Shown here: piece after piece, positions 1 through 13,453 of the stretch
Layout: each line of letters starts with the position of its first letter
How positions within the stretch are numbered: position 1 is the first letter of the stretch
Assembly (NCBI GenBank): GCA_002269645.1
Contig: NIVC01000731.1
Location: 186,001-250,000, forward strand
DNA length: 64,000 nucleotides
Direction of reading: 5' to 3'
Origin: Macrostomum lignano
Taxonomy: Eukaryota
The notes under the pieces: model-generated
Seen by the model: only the letters and a program-made list of their open reading frames with translations
Told to the model about the DNA's origin: nothing
Databases searched by the model: none
Position numbers and translations under genes: made by a program

Positions 1-651
1 CGACTTGTTGGCCAGCGTGTTGTTCTTGTAGCGGTTGCTCAGCGTGACGCTCACCCTGCTGTAGCAGACCGTGATGATGGCGCACGGAAGCAGGAACTGC
101 AGCACGAAACTGATCACGGTGAACACGGCCCGGTATTCGGCCTGCCAGTCCTCGATGCAGCTCACCTTGGTGCCGTTGTCGGAGACTTTGATCTTCTGGA
201 ACACGGCGATCGGTGTGCTGATGAGCACGGCAACTAGCCAGACTATAAAGACTATGAGCAGGCAGAGGCAGGTCTTCATCCGCGGCACGAACGGGTGGAC
301 GATCACGAAGTAGCGGTCAATGGCGATGGCGGTGGAGGTGAGGCTGGAGACGTACACGGAGACCCCCATGGTCATGGGCATCAGCTTGCAGACCAGCGAC
401 GGCAGGGTCCAGCTGTCCATGAACATGGCGGCTGGGGTCAGCGGCACATTGAGCGTGCTCATGATGATGTCGGAGATGGCCATGTTGGTGATGAAGATGT
501 TCGTGATGGTCTGCATGCTGCGCTTCCGCAGCACAACGAAGACCACCAGGGCGTTGCCCAGGGTGCCCATGAGGCCGATGGTGGCGTAGAAGGTGATGGT
601 GATGCCGCGCATCCAGGCGGGGTGGAGGCTGGTCCCGTTGCCGCCCGACAT
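1..651 (-). CDS. Rhodopsin-family neuropeptide GPCR (NPY/sNPF/PrRP receptor-like), N-terminus to TM5; continues beyond the window start
   Basis: Minus frame from ATG at 651, absent from the ORF track because it has no stop in the window: MSGGNGTSLHPAWMRGITITFYATIGLMGTLGNALVVFVVLRKRSMQTITNIFITNMAISDIIM...LVCKLMPMTMGVSVYVSSLTSTAIAIDRYFVIVHPF...VWLVAVLISTP...CIEDW...QFLLPCAIITVCYSRV. TM1 GN, TM2 D, TM3 Cys, DRY, TM4 W/P, ECL2 Cys and TM5 P..I..CY are all present. Confidence 0.95.
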   Translation of the reverse strand, partial: MSGGNGTSLHPAWMRGITITFYATIGLMGTLGNALVVFVVLRKRSMQTITNIFITNMAISDIIMSTLNVPLTPAAMFMDSWTLPSLVCKLMPMTMGVSVYVSSLTSTAIAIDRYFVIVHPFVPRMKTCLCLLIVFIVWLVAVLISTPIAVFQKIKVSDNGTKVSCIEDWQAEYRAVFTVISFVLQFLLPCAIITVCYSRVSVTLSNRYKNNTLANKS

Positions 652-1702
652 GCTCGGCGATGAAGCTCGGGTCTGGTGGGGAGGCTGGAGGGCGGCGGTG
701 ATGCCGAAGGCACCTGCTAAAGTTTTGGCGTCTTTTTCTCCCGACAAGAAAATGGAGCGGCGCCGCAGGGGGGGGGTAATTAAAGCGAAAGCCGGGGAGG
801 AGGAACAGAGGGAAGGCGGAAAGCAAGAGGTTGAAAATGATGGAGCAGGAAGATGAAAGGCCCACTAATGGGTCTGCAGCCTTCGAGGCCGCTCAGGGCC
901 TGTTTGATGATGGGAGCGGGGAGGCTGCCGTGCAGGAGAGAAAATTCGGCCGCCCCTCCTTCTCACGCGCGCTTTGGTGCTAAAAAAAGTGTTAAGCAGG
1001 CACTCTTTTGATGAAGCACTTCCGGCAACGTTCCGCTCCCACATCCCATGGCTAAGAAGCTGAAAGTTCTCCAACTTGAATTCTTGTTCGCAAGTCGCTG
1101 CCAATTAAGGGACGCCAGCCCGATTGTCTCGCTAATGAAAAGCCAATAAAAAATGCTTTCCCAGGCCACGAACAGAATCTGAACTTCCAGCGTGAACGAG
1201 AGAGACAATGCCTCACAAACACAATGGGGGGCAATTGCTATTTGTCCTCGGCTGGGGGAAAGGCTGTCCCGGACCCCCCTGCTCAGAGGCAAAAAGCCGA
1301 AACGGGTGGGCCAGCGCGGGCTCAGAGCTGCGAGTTTCGGGAAGCCACAGTCTGGAGGGGGGGGGGGGGCCGCTGTCCCTTGTTGGCTGAGCAAGCAAAG
1401 CCAGAAGCCAAAGCAGGGCCGCGCGGATTTCTGGGGTGGGAGGGGAGCGGCTGCTAGATGGATTTGTGTTGTAGCTCGAATCCCAGTTCCTGAGCAGTGA
1501 GGTCGCTGGCGGAGTTAATACGCAACGGGGAGGCTCGCGAAAGCTGTCCCCAGCCGTGCCTCTCTGCCTGTAGCGCTCCGACTTTTTCTACCGGCAGATT
1601 CTGTGGCTTCTTGCCGCCACTCACTTCGGGCGATTCCATTTCGAGTCGGGTCCGCTGCCTCCCCCACTGAGCGGGTGGGGCTCGCGAGTTCCCAGGCACC
1701 TT

Positions 1703-1945
1703 GAGCACCGGGCCCGCTGATGTCATTGAGCTCAGGGGGCTCCCATGGTCACTGTGAGCACCGGGCCCGCTGATGTCATTGAGCTCAGGGGGCTCCCATG
1801 GTCACTGTGAGCACCGGGTCTGCTGATGTCACTGAGCTCAGGGGGCTCCCATGGTAAGCAACGGGCCCGCTGATGTCTCTGAGCTCAGGGGGCTCCCATG
1901 GTAAGCAACGGGCCCGCTGATGTCTCTGAGTTCAGGGGCTCCCAT
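1703..1945. repeat. Minisatellite, 48-53 bp unit, about 5 copies
   Basis: gagcaccgggcccgctgatgtcattgagctcagggggctcccatggtcactgt at 1703, 1756, 1809, then shorter variants. Confidence 0.9.
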
Positions 1946-3414
1946 AGTCGGTTATTCTATCTCTCTCTTGCTACAGAGTTTTGTCTATGGTAAAACCACA
2001 TTTCAAGGTAACTTATCTACTCACAGCTACTAACTTGTGAGGGAACAGCTTGTGTCGCCAGTTCCTATCTCTCCAGTGCGCACTGAACTTTCTCCAGTTC
2101 CTCAAACCGACAGCTGCTCCAGCGGCAGCAAGGTCAGCTGAATTATTGATGCCTATGGGGCAATCGGGACAAGATATTGAATATTTTATTGGCAAAAATA
2201 TTTTAATTAAGATGAAATGTTAATTAAATTCAGCAGCCCGGGGGCGCCACTGCGGAGGCGGCCGGGTTTCTTGATCTGAGACAGAGCTCGGCTCGCCCAG
2301 CCAGTCGGAGCAAAGTGCGCCTCACCTGACAAATGCTGACTGCAGGCTCCCCGCCTCTCTGTTGCTTCGAGTCGAGCGAAAGCAGATTTTGCCGGGCTGC
2401 CTAAATGGCGCCAATTTGTAGCGGAGGGCGGGCGCGGGAAGGCGGGGTGGGGCAGGCGGGCAGCGCGAATGGGAGGCCTCCCAGCAGACTTCGGGGAGGG
2501 GATTCTCTGGCTTTGGGAACTGGCGGGCAGCGCCAGGCAACTCAGCGGGGGGGGGGCGGACGCACGCACTGTAGCTGCGGCTCCGTACGGACCGCTGGAT
2601 TCTGTTTTGAACCGAAGCCCAGCAGCCGCCCAAGGTGGCGCCCATCGATTGCCGCAGCCAAAAACAAACACTCTGGGGGCGAAAGTAATTTCGCAATAAA
2701 TCCATCATCGTCACAAATCAACCCCCCAGACACCTGGGTCGAGCTTGCACTTTCCCCATCCGCCTGCCTGGCAGCGTGGAGAAAAAAGTCTTCGAACCAA
2801 TAAGCCAAGGCGATTGACTTGTCCCCGCTAATCCCAGGCCCGCCGCAACCCCAACATCGGGCGGGGAACCTCGTGCTCAGCGGGAGCTCAGGTTGAATTT
2901 CAGGCCGGCTCGTCAAAGCTGAGGCCCCAAGGCAGGCGACGCTTCGAAGGTGTCGGATTTCCTCACTGGCTCAGGCCAGGTGCACCTGGAATGCGAACTC
3001 GACTCCCCGTTTGCGCACGCCAAGGCTCTCGTGCAGGCGTTTTTGTTTCTGTCCCATTTTGAATTGCAACTCCTCAATACAGAAGGTGCTCAACTGCCGG
3101 AAACATCCTTCTTCAACCTGAAGCAGAGGGTTCTCCCAAAATAGTTCCGCCCAGCAGAGACATTGTCAACTGATTGCTCAGCGACTGTCGTCTACCAACG
3201 ATCCGGAACTGCAGACCCCCTTGGACCGCCGTTACCCCCTGCTGGGCCAGTGTCGCTCTCGGTGTGTTTGTTTGGCTTGGGCATGAGCGGACAGCAGTGA
3301 GGCTTTGCGCTGTCAGTCACACCTGCCGGTTGCTGGGGCGGGGGGGGGTACGGAAATGCACGACGGGGCGCTGCTTGGGGGAGCGGAGGTTCTCTGTTTA
3401 CCGAATGCTGACCT

Positions 3415-3742
3415 GACTGACTGACTGACTGACTGACTGACTGACTGACTGACTGACTGACTGACTGACTGACTGACTGACTGACTGACTGACTGACTGA
3501 CTGACTGACTGACTGACTGACTGACTGACTGACTGACTGACTGACTGACTGACTGACTGACTGACTGACTGACTTTAGTGAGTGACCTGACTGACTGACT
3601 GACTGACTGACTGACTGACTGACTGACTGACTGACTGACTGACTTTAGTGAGTGACCTGACTGACTGACTGACTGACTGACTGACTGACTGACTGACTGA
3701 CTGACTGACTGACTGACTGACTGACTTTAGTGAGTGACCTGA
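3415..3742. repeat. (CTGA)n microsatellite
   Basis: Direct reading; interrupted by ttagtgagtgac. Confidence 0.97.
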
Positions 3743-4067
3743 CTGAGTTGTTTACTTATAAGCTACTCAGGTCCCCCATATCGTTCGACCTGGCCAGCCG
3801 TAGCCGGAGTTCGAGCTCAAGCCATGCACCTGAGCGAGCAGTATTTGAGAACGCGGCCACCCGTGAAATCGCCGATCGGGCGCCCCGAAGAGCCGGGCCT
3901 GCAGATCGGAGCAGCTTGGGGCAAAACAGATCGACTTTGCAAGCAGCGGGGAAACTGAGGGCGAACTCAGCCTCTCCCTGGGACGTGATGTTTTCCCTGA
4001 TGTACTCTGGGCTGCCTTCGTGTTACTGGATTTAGATTTTGCATGGGACAGCTGCATGTAGATCGCT

Positions 4068-4105
4068 TTCCTGTCTGTCTGCCTGTCTGTCTGTCTGTCT
4101 GTCTA

Positions 4106-4148
<43 letters not shown>

Positions 4149-4181
4149 CTCTCTGTTTGTCTGTCTGCCTGTCTGTCTGTG

Positions 4182-4256
<75 letters not shown>
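4068..4256. repeat. (CTGT)n microsatellite
   Basis: Direct reading. Confidence 0.97.
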
Positions 4257-4257
<1 letters not shown>

Positions 4258-5454
4258 ACGGTGACCTCCATCCATTCCCAGTGTTTAGGCCTAAACTAAA
4301 GTGTTTCAGTCCCTGACTTCAAATTTCAAGTCTCATTAACTGCCAGTAAGCAGAAACAGACGATGGGAGAGCGAGCAGGGTTCCTCGTTCTCTGCTGCTT
4401 TGTGCCCCATCCGATCCTTCTCTTCCGTCTTCCGGCCCCCGATGTCTTCTGCTGCTCCGAGCGCGGGCTGCATCCCTGGCCGGAAAGTCATTCCACGATG
4501 GGACCTCGAGGAGCGGCCCGCATGAAATCTCCTTCGAGTCGGGAGGGGGGTTCGTCCGTCAGACAATGGGCTGCGGGACTTGAAGAAGCCCCCTTCGAGT
4601 TTCATCGCAGCCCAAGGATCGAATCCCGAAGCGGGCAGCCATAATCCCGTGGAGTTCGTATCCCCGAGCATTTCAGAGCCTCCCCCAGCCTGTCCGGGAC
4701 AGTTTTCAGGCGTTTCTTAGACTGGACAATTTTTGTCCAGGCAATCAACGGGCGGGAGGGCGCATATTAATTAATAGGCATAATTAATTAAAGGCCTGCT
4801 GCATCCGCTCTCCCTCGGAGACTCCTCAGCTTCCCCGTTTGCGAGTTTTTTCGGCATTTCTAAGAATTATACTTAATCTCTATTTTATTATTCAAGGATA
4901 TGATTAGCGCTGCCCTCTTGGGGAATTCTTTTTCATCCACCGGTTTTGCTGCTGCACGCAGAGAAAAGGAATATTGAAGAAGCTGTTTGATGCGGGGCCG
5001 GCAGTGCAAATCTGGAAATCTTCCTCGGCGCCTCCGCTCCCGCAGGTGCGCAGCGCGGTGAGCCGCTTGATTGACAGGCCGCTGTCAAAGTGGACAGCCA
5101 GACAGGCAGACAGGCTGCAGCTTCCCAAGCTTCATCATTCATCTTGCAGCCAGCCAGTCCAGACGAAGAGTTTGACAACTCTGCTATGCCAGACTCGGGA
5201 GATGAGGCTGCAGTGCAGCCATTCGAACCCCGCGTTGCTCTCGTCCCAGCCTCCCGCAAGAGGCAGTTCCCATTTCCTTGCCTTCCCACTTCATCTAAAC
5301 AAATACTAGCCACTTCCGCACTGTGCGGTTGTTATAATTATTGCCGTTATTTGCTCTGGAGAGACTTCTCTGCCTTAGGGAGGAGGGCAGGTGGAGTGGC
5401 GAGCTGCAGTCCCAGGGCATCTGACTTGCTGCTGTTGCTTCTGCTATTGCTATT

Positions 5455-6430
5455 CACTCACTTACTCACTCACTCACTCACTCACTCACTCACTCACTCA
5501 CTCACTCACTCACTCACTCACTCACTCACGCACTCACTCACTCACTCACTCACTCACTCACTCACTCACTCACTCACTCACTCACTCACTCACTCACTCA
5601 CTCACTCACTCACTCACGCACTCATTCACTCATGAACTCACTCACTCATGAACTCACTCACTCATGAACTCACTCACTCACTCACTCACTCACTCACTCA
5701 TTCACTCACTCACTCACACTCACTCACTCACGCACTCACTCACTCACTCACTCACTCACTCACTCACTCACGCACTCATTCACTCATGAACTCACTCACT
5801 CATGAACTCACTCACTCATGAACTCACTCACTCACTCACTCACTCACTCACTCATTCACTCACTCACTCACTCACTCACTCACTCACTCACGCACTCATT
5901 CACTCATGAACTCACTCACTCACTCACTCACTCACTAACTCACTCACTCACTCACTCACTCACTCACTCACTCACGCACTCATTCACTCATGAACTCACT
6001 CACTCATGAACTCACTCACTCACTCACGCACTCATTCACTCATGAACTCACTCACTCACTCACTCACGCACTCATTCACTCATGAACTCACGCACTCATT
6101 CACTCATGAACTCACTCACTCATGAACTCACTCACTCACTCACGCACTCATTCACTCATGAACTCACTCACTCATGAACTCACTCACTCATGAACTCACT
6201 CATGAACTCACGCACTCATTCACTCATGAACTCACTCACTCATGAACTCACTCACTCATGAACTCACTCATGAACTCACGCACTCATGAACTCATGAACT
6301 CACTCACTCATGAACTCACTCACTCATGAACTCACTCACTCACTCACGCACTCATTCACTCATGAACTCACTCACTCATGAACTCACTCACTCATGAACT
6401 CACTCATGAACTCACTCACTCACTCACTCA
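5455..6430. repeat. (CACT)n compound microsatellite with catgaact variants
   Basis: Direct reading. Confidence 0.97.
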
Positions 6431-7277
6431 ATAATGAACTCATTCACTTTCCAGTGAGCAGAAATAAGTGAGCTCACACCACAGCTCACATCAGCTCCGG
6501 CTGCGACAAGGTTTACTGAGAATATGAGAACTGGGATTGTGCCAAGCTGAAGGGGATCAGCCCACCCGCCAGTGCAATGAATACTTGTGGACCTCATATA
6601 GGAAATTGCAATCTGCAGGGGATGCAGTACGCTAGATTATGAGAACTGGGATCATTTTAGTTTAGTAGTACATCTGAGCACTATAATTGCGAGTAGTATA
6701 CGCATCTTACGACTCAATTCCTGTTGCTTTTCCCGAATGTAGGATCAATTGCAGCCTTCGATCTCTCATCTGGTCTGGACTTTAACTTTGAGTTCGGAAG
6801 AAATCAGCGCTTGAGACCGGCAAACAAGCAAAATTCATGCAAAACTTCCCGATCTGTAGCCCTTCAACTACGAGTATTAAGTAAGTCGGTCAAGGAATCG
6901 GGAGCTGTACTTTTAACCTCAGACAGTTTCGTTTGATTTTTGTTAAAATCAGCTTTTGAATTTGTTTAAAATTGGATTCGTCAAATTAATTTTTTTCGTT
7001 TCTAACAACTTGAAGCTGACTTTTTGCTTTTTTTAATAGAACTCACCGGCCTTGCTGCATTGTGAGCAGAGAATTGCAGTTCCCGCGATTGAACTGCTCA
7101 GTAATGGCGGCACCGCTGCCAGCACCATCCCACCCGATGAGAATTATCCCCAGGGATTTAACAGGCAAAATATTAATATTTGGGGTGATGACAGGTCCTG
7201 GTTATCCTGGAGCTTGCACTCCGTTTGTTCATGGGAAGTTATTTTTTGATAAAATTTTGCTTGAGGAAATGATTTTT

Positions 7278-7760
<483 letters not shown>

Positions 7761-8379
7761 CCGGGAGCAGGCATTCCAGAGCACTTCATCTCGGTATTCC
7801 TTTGTCACTTTTAATTCTAAGTCTTTAGTTCAATTTTTCATCTAGCAGCTTAACTTTGTTTTTCCTTCTCAGCGGGGAATTTTGTCAGAGAAATTCGCCT
7901 GTAGAAAATCTGCAGACCCGGATTAATAACCCTACTGGAACAGCCCCCCCCCCACCCTCCCGGTTGAATCGCCCCCCCCCGGCCTGTCATGGCGCTAATC
8001 CCTTATCTCCTTGCCGTGAGCAGTCCCGGGGGTCTCACTGATTCCCTGCATGTGCAGCTCAAGCTGTCAGATAATTAGAGATTTACTCAAACCTTCCCCA
8101 GTCGGATGTGAGAAGTGCTCAGGTGCGTGAGTCGGTTCGAGCCCGAGCACTGCTCAGTGTTGAGCCGGCCAGTGAGTTGTTATTGAAATACTGAAGCATA
8201 TCAGCTCTGCAGTGCAAAGTTTATCGTCAGTCAGTTCTGTTAGAGATTTCGATGGCGCCTGGAGACCTCCTGCTCACCGCCTGCATCCTGGCCGCAGCTG
8301 TCTCTCGTGAGTTTTCATGGAATTTTCTTTCAGCCTGCGACCTCTCGCGCTAGTGGTAGTGGCCTTACTGAGAAGGCGC

Positions 8380-8570
8380 ACCATTTCATTTTAGGGGTTG
8401 CCACTACATTTTAGGGGGTGCCATCTCATTTTAGGGGCGCCATTTCATTTTAGGAGGCGCCATTTCTTTTGAGAGGCGCCATTTCATTGTAGGGCGCGCC
8501 ATTTCATTTTAGGGGTTGCCATCTAATAAGAGGGATGCTATTTAATGTGGGTGGGGGCGCCATTTCATGT
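8380..8570. repeat. Degenerate minisatellite, about 21 bp unit (ggcgccatttcattttaggg)
   Basis: About 8 diverged units. Confidence 0.75.
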
Positions 8571-9107
8571 GACGGGTGTCACAGCTTTACCGCAGGGAGG
8601 CGCTGTACTTTGCCAGCCGAATGGGGAGGGGTCGCAGCCCCTCTTGCCCCCCTTCGGCTACGCAATCTGGCTTCGCCTCGCACTCTCAAGGACCTGTTGA
8701 ATACCCCCCCCCGGTACAAGCAGCTCTCGTATCTCACTCAGCAGTGGGGCAGAGCAGGCTGAGTCAATATACTCATCTGTCCTCTAAGCCGCAATTCAGA
8801 CTGGCGATTCCTAATCTCCAGGTAGAGAACACGCTATCAGGGGAATCAGGGAAGCTGGAAACCCTGTTTGCTGCGGCCCGTCGCTCTGTCCGTGACAAAT
8901 CAAGTCCACTTGGCCCACAAATCAGTCAGTCAATCTCTGCGGATCCAGCTTCCTGCATCCTTCATCTTTTAGTCCGGCTGAATTATTTACTAGAGAATAT
9001 TGCTTGGCGGACTTCTGACGTCCTTGTGGGGGGGGGGGGGGCTGAGCGGTAAGGCAGAACAAATGTAGGGGATTATCTTGTCTTGAATTAGTGCTGGAAA
9101 TCACCTG

Positions 9108-9480
9108 ACTGCCGGCCTGACTGACTGACTGCTCACCATGAGCTGTGACTCAACTGACTGACTGCTCATCATGAACTGTGACTCAACTGACTGCTCATAA
9201 TGAGCTGTGACTCAACTGACTGATCATAATGAGCTGTGACTCAACTGACTGCTCATCATGAGCTGTGACTCAACTGACTGCTCACCATGAGCTGTGACTC
9301 AACTGACTGCTCATCATGAGCTGTGACTCAACTGACTGCTCACCATGAGCTGTGACTCAACTGACTGCTCACCATGAGCTGTGACTCAACTGACTGACTG
9401 CTCATCATGAGCTGTGACTCAACTGACTGACTGCTCACCATGAGCTGTGACTCAACTGACTGACTGCTCACCATGAGCTG
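9108..9480. repeat. Minisatellite, 29/33 bp unit (ctcaccatgagctgtgactcaactgactg)
   Basis: Direct reading, about 12 units. Confidence 0.93.
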
Positions 9481-9919
9481 GGGACTGCGGAGCCGAGACT
9501 CAGGTGACTGTAATAAATTTGCAGACTGCGAACTTCGCCACTGAAAATTGCAGCCTTGTGATTCTGCCGCTCCGGAAAATATCTCTATAATTTTACAGGG
9601 CATTGTGGCAGTTTATCATCGAAAGACTGCCTGCAAAGTTGCCTTACAGACTAATTGTTACAGATCCTATAATGCGGTAAATTTAGAAGCCGAAAGCTAA
9701 TTAACATTCAGTTTTTGTCGTGATATTTTTCTGCGGACACAGTTTGAACTTTAATCACTAACAAGGAATGTCATTGTTTTTTTAGTTGCTAGGCAGCTTA
9801 AACCACAGCAGATATGACGGGAATTTAATGAATGATGAAACTACTTTGAGTAGAAAGTAACGCATTTTCATTCCATTTAAATAATGTCATATTCAAAAAT
9901 CAGATCTTGCAGACTTTGC

Positions 9920-10432
9920 TAGGAGAAAAAGGATAGGAGAGAAGAGAGAGGAGAGGGGAGAAAGTAAATGAGAAGAGCAGAAGAGGAGAGGAGAGGAGAG
10001 GAGAGGAGAGGAGAGGAGAGGAGAGGAGAGGAGAGGAGAGGAGAGGAGAGGAGAGGAGAGGAGAGGAGAGGAGAGGAGAGGAGAGGAGAGGAGAGGAGAG
10101 GAGAGGAGAGGAGAGGAGAGTAGAGGAGAGGAGAAAAGAAGAGAGGAGAGGAGATGAGTAAAGAGAAGAGAAATAAAAGAGAGGAGAGGAGAGGCGAGGA
10201 GAGGAGAGGAGAGGAGAGGAGAGGAGAGGAGAGGAGAGGAGAGGAGAGGAGAGGAGAGGAGATGAGAAAAGAAGAGAGGAGAGGAGATGAGAAAAGAGAA
10301 GAGAAATAAAAGAGAGGAGAGGAGATGAGTAAAGAGAAGAGAAATAAAAGAGAGGAGAGGAGATGAGTAAAGAGAAGAGAAATAAAAGAGAGGAGAGGAG
10401 ATGAGTAAAGAGAAGAGAAATAAAAGAGAGGA
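9920..10432. repeat. (GAGAG)n purine-rich repeat
   Basis: Direct reading. Confidence 0.95.
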
Positions 10433-10479
10433 GATTGGAGAGCAGGGAGCTGAGAAGAGACAGTCCTTGAGCGGGCCGG

Positions 10480-12191
10480 ATGGCTACTGTGAAGTTTCAA
10501 AGACCCGAGGGCCGGTGGAGAGGCTTCGAAGACCGGAGTTTGCAGTGTGCAGTGCGGTCGCGCACAGACAGTTAAGCATGGAACTTCAAGTGGTTAAGAC
10601 CAGTTGACAACGAGTTCAGCCCTCAGAAACCCGATTCATCGCGAGTTCGACTCTCACTGTTGAACGCACCTGTAGAATCTCGCACCTGTAGAATCTCGCA
10701 CCTGTAGAATCTCGCACCTGTAGAATCTCGCACCTGTAGAGTCTCGCACCTGTAGAATCTCGCACCTGAGCTCAAATTCCTCTCCAATCCGCAGTGCCAG
10801 CCGCCAAGATCGCAAGCTCGGCCCCCAGCAACCCGAGCCACGAGCCGCTGCGCCGCAGCATCCGCGCCGCCCTGGACCCCAGCCGCACCGAGGCCCTCGA
10901 GGAGGCCGCCGAGGCCGCCATCGCCGAGTCCGGCGGCAGCCGGCAGGTCGAGAAGCTGCTGGCGCTGAGCTACTCGGAGTTCGGCTCGATGGCTAAGTAA
11001 AATCCTTTTATTCATTAAAATTCGATTTGAGCCCGTAACAGCCTACTGATAGACTGAGACTGCCAGTATAAAAATGTACAGCGCTTCCAAAGGGCGCACA
11101 ATAGCTGTGGCTGAGCTGTCGGTTGCACATCTGGCCCAATTGGGGATGGTGTAATCAGTTTTTAATGAACCATGACCATAATCCCTGACCCGAACCATAA
11201 CCTAAACCTTTAATACCAGCCCTGACCGCCCCAGCCCTGACCGCCCCAGCCCTGACCGCCCCAGCCCTGACCGCCCCAGCCCTGACCGCCCCAGCCCTGA
11301 CCGCCCCAGCCCTGACCGCCCCAGCCCTGACCGCCCCAGCCCTGACCGCCCCAGCCCTGACCGCCCCAGCCCTGACCGCCCCAGCCCTGACCGCCCCAGC
11401 CCTGACCGCCCCAGCCCTGACCGCCCCAGCCCTGACCGCCCCAGCCCTGACCGCCCCAGCCCTGACCGCCCCAGCCCTGACCGCCCCAGCCCTGACCGCC
11501 CCAGCCCTGACCGCCCCAGCCCTGACTTCCCCAGCTCTGACCGCCCCAGCCCTGACCGCCCCAGCCCTGACTGCCCTAGCCCTGACTGCCCTAGCCCTGA
11601 CCGCCCCAGCCCTGACTGCCCTAGCCCTGACTGCCCTAGCCCTGACTGCCCCAGCCCTGACTGCCCTAGCCCTGACCGCCCCAGCCCTGACCGCCGATTC
11701 CCAGGGTGCAGCCGTTCAACCGCCTGCTGGCCAACAACACGGACAATTTTGTCCCACTGGTGCTCAGCCTGCTGGGAGCCGACTCCAGACACCTCGCCGA
11801 TTTCCGAGAGCTGGCCTTCCCGGAGCTGGCTAACGGCACCGGGCCGGAGGGCTGGCGGCTGCACAAGCTGGCGCACTGGCCGAAGGATGGGCGCAGCTCC
11901 GGCACGAAGCTGTCCTGCCTGCTGGTGGCGCCGGCCGGCCCGGCCAGCTACGACCTGGTGCTGGTCATCTCCGCCACGGCGCCAGTGCAGATCGGCGACC
12001 GCGACCTGCTGGTGGCCGAGACCAAGCTGGCCGAGCAGCTGGGCTGGCCGGACAGGCGGGAGTCGCGCCTGGCCAGAGTCGGACACGAGGCCGGCCTGTC
12101 CGAGTCCGATCTGGACGGTCTGATGGCCTTCGCCGAGCTGAACTGCCTGCGCAAACTCGGCGCTTATTTTGAAGTCGCGCTGGACAGTTGA
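10480..12191 (+). CDS. Uncharacterised 3-exon protein, about 259 aa
   Basis: Exon 2 10795-10996 (acceptor ccgcag, donor AA|gtaaaa) joins exon 3 11705-12191 (acceptor ttcccag|G) in phase 2: ...SYSEFGSMAK-VQPFNRLL...FEVALDS*. Both exons have strong GC3 bias. Exon 1 10480-10570 (ATG; donor gttaag; phase 1) is tentative. No family recognised. Confidence 0.72.
10667..10768. repeat. 16 bp tandem repeat (cgcacctgtagaatct), intronic
   Basis: About 6 copies upstream of the 10794 acceptor. Confidence 0.93.
11095..11166 (+). mobile_element. Isolated 3' tail of the SINE family at 63548-63842
   Basis: caatagctgtggctgagctgtcggttgcacatctggcccaattggggatggtgtaatca matches the reverse complement of 63548-63620 with few substitutions. 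Confidence 0.8.
11218..11695. repeat. 15 bp tandem repeat (ccagccctgaccgcc), intronic
   Basis: About 31 copies, ending about 10 bp before the acceptor. Confidence 0.97.
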
Positions 12192-12200
12192 GAATGCGAG

Positions 12201-12680
12201 CGGCTGCCTACTTGCAGTAGTAGTACCGGCTAATTTCCCGATATTTGAGTTGCTTTAATTGAACTTCGGCTGCCTACTTGCAGTAGTACCGGCTAATTTC
12301 CCGATATTTGAGTTGCTTTAATTGAACTTCGGCTGCCTACTTGCAGTAGTACCGGCTAATTTCCCGATATTTGCGTTGCTTTAATTGAACTTCGGCTGCC
12401 TACTTGCAGTAGTACCGGTTAATTTCCCGATATTTGCGTTGCTTTAACTGAACTTCGGCTGCCTACATGCAGTAGTACCGGCTAATTTCCCGATATTTGC
12501 GTTGCTTTAACTGAACTTCGGCTGCCTACATGCAGTAGTACCGGCTAATTTCCCGATATTTGCGTTGATTTAATTGAACTTCGGCTGCCTACTTGCAGTA
12601 GTACCGGCAAATTTCCCGATATTTGCGTTGATTTAATTGAACTTCGGCTGCCTACTTGCAGTAGTAACGGCTAATTTCCC
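12201..12680. repeat. 63 bp minisatellite just 3' of the orphan gene stop
   Basis: ggctgcctacttgcagtagtaccggctaatttcccgatatttg(a/c)gttgctttaattgaacttc, about 7.5 copies. Confidence 0.95.
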
Positions 12681-13069
12681 GATTTGATTTTCGATTCTCT
12701 GCAAGGGCCAGCCCCCAAGAAATAGTGGCTCGTTGTGAGACGGGGGGCGGGGGGCAGCTGAGTGCTCCATGGGTTGCTGAAAGGCGAATGGGGACTAGAG
12801 GTGAGAAGCTGCTGGGCCGCAACCCCAGACCCAAAAGACAAACAAAAAGAATAGCAACCGGGTGGTGGCTTAGGCCCTAGCAACGAGTAGCTCCCCGGCT
12901 TGGAAAAACCAGAGGTCGAGCCAAAGGTCCATCAGCGCGGTGCTACACTGGGGCCTTGAGAGAGAATGTCTCTGGAAGCTGTCTTCGGAGCCTGTGGACA
13001 AGCTGCATGCCCAAATGCGGCCGGAGTCACTGGATGGTCCAGCAGCCGTAGGGTGTGGCTTGAACTCCC

Positions 13070-13453
13070 GCTGGAGCATGTACCCTGAGCTGGAGCATGT
13101 GCCCTGAGCTGGAGCATGTACCCTGAGCTGGAGTATGTACCTTGGGAGCATGTACCCTGAGCTGGAGCATGTACCCTGAGCTGGAGCGTGTACCCTGAGC
13201 TGGAGCATGTACCCTGAGCTGGAGCATGTACCCTGAGCTGGAGCATGTACCCTGAGCTGGAGCATGTACCCTGAGCTGGAGCATGTACCCTGAGCTGGAG
13301 CATGTACCCTGAGCTTGAGCATGTACCCTGAGCTGGAGCATGTACCCTGAGCTGGAGCATGTACCCTGAGCTGGAGCATGTACCCTGAGCTGGAGCATGT
13401 ACCCTGAGCTGGAGCATGTACCCTGAGCTGGAGCATGTACCCTGAGCTGGAGC
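13070..13453. repeat. 19 bp tandem repeat (tggagcatgtaccctgagc)
   Basis: About 20 copies. Confidence 0.97.

Noticed and set aside
71-865. Track ORFs over the GPCR (71-313, 295-663, 317-865, 320-589)
   Set aside because: Antisense or off-frame shadows of the GC3-rich GPCR frame
8100-8170. B-box-like GGTTCGAGCCC (also about 17525 and 57920)
   Set aside because: No A box at the proper spacing and no cloverleaf; not called as tRNA
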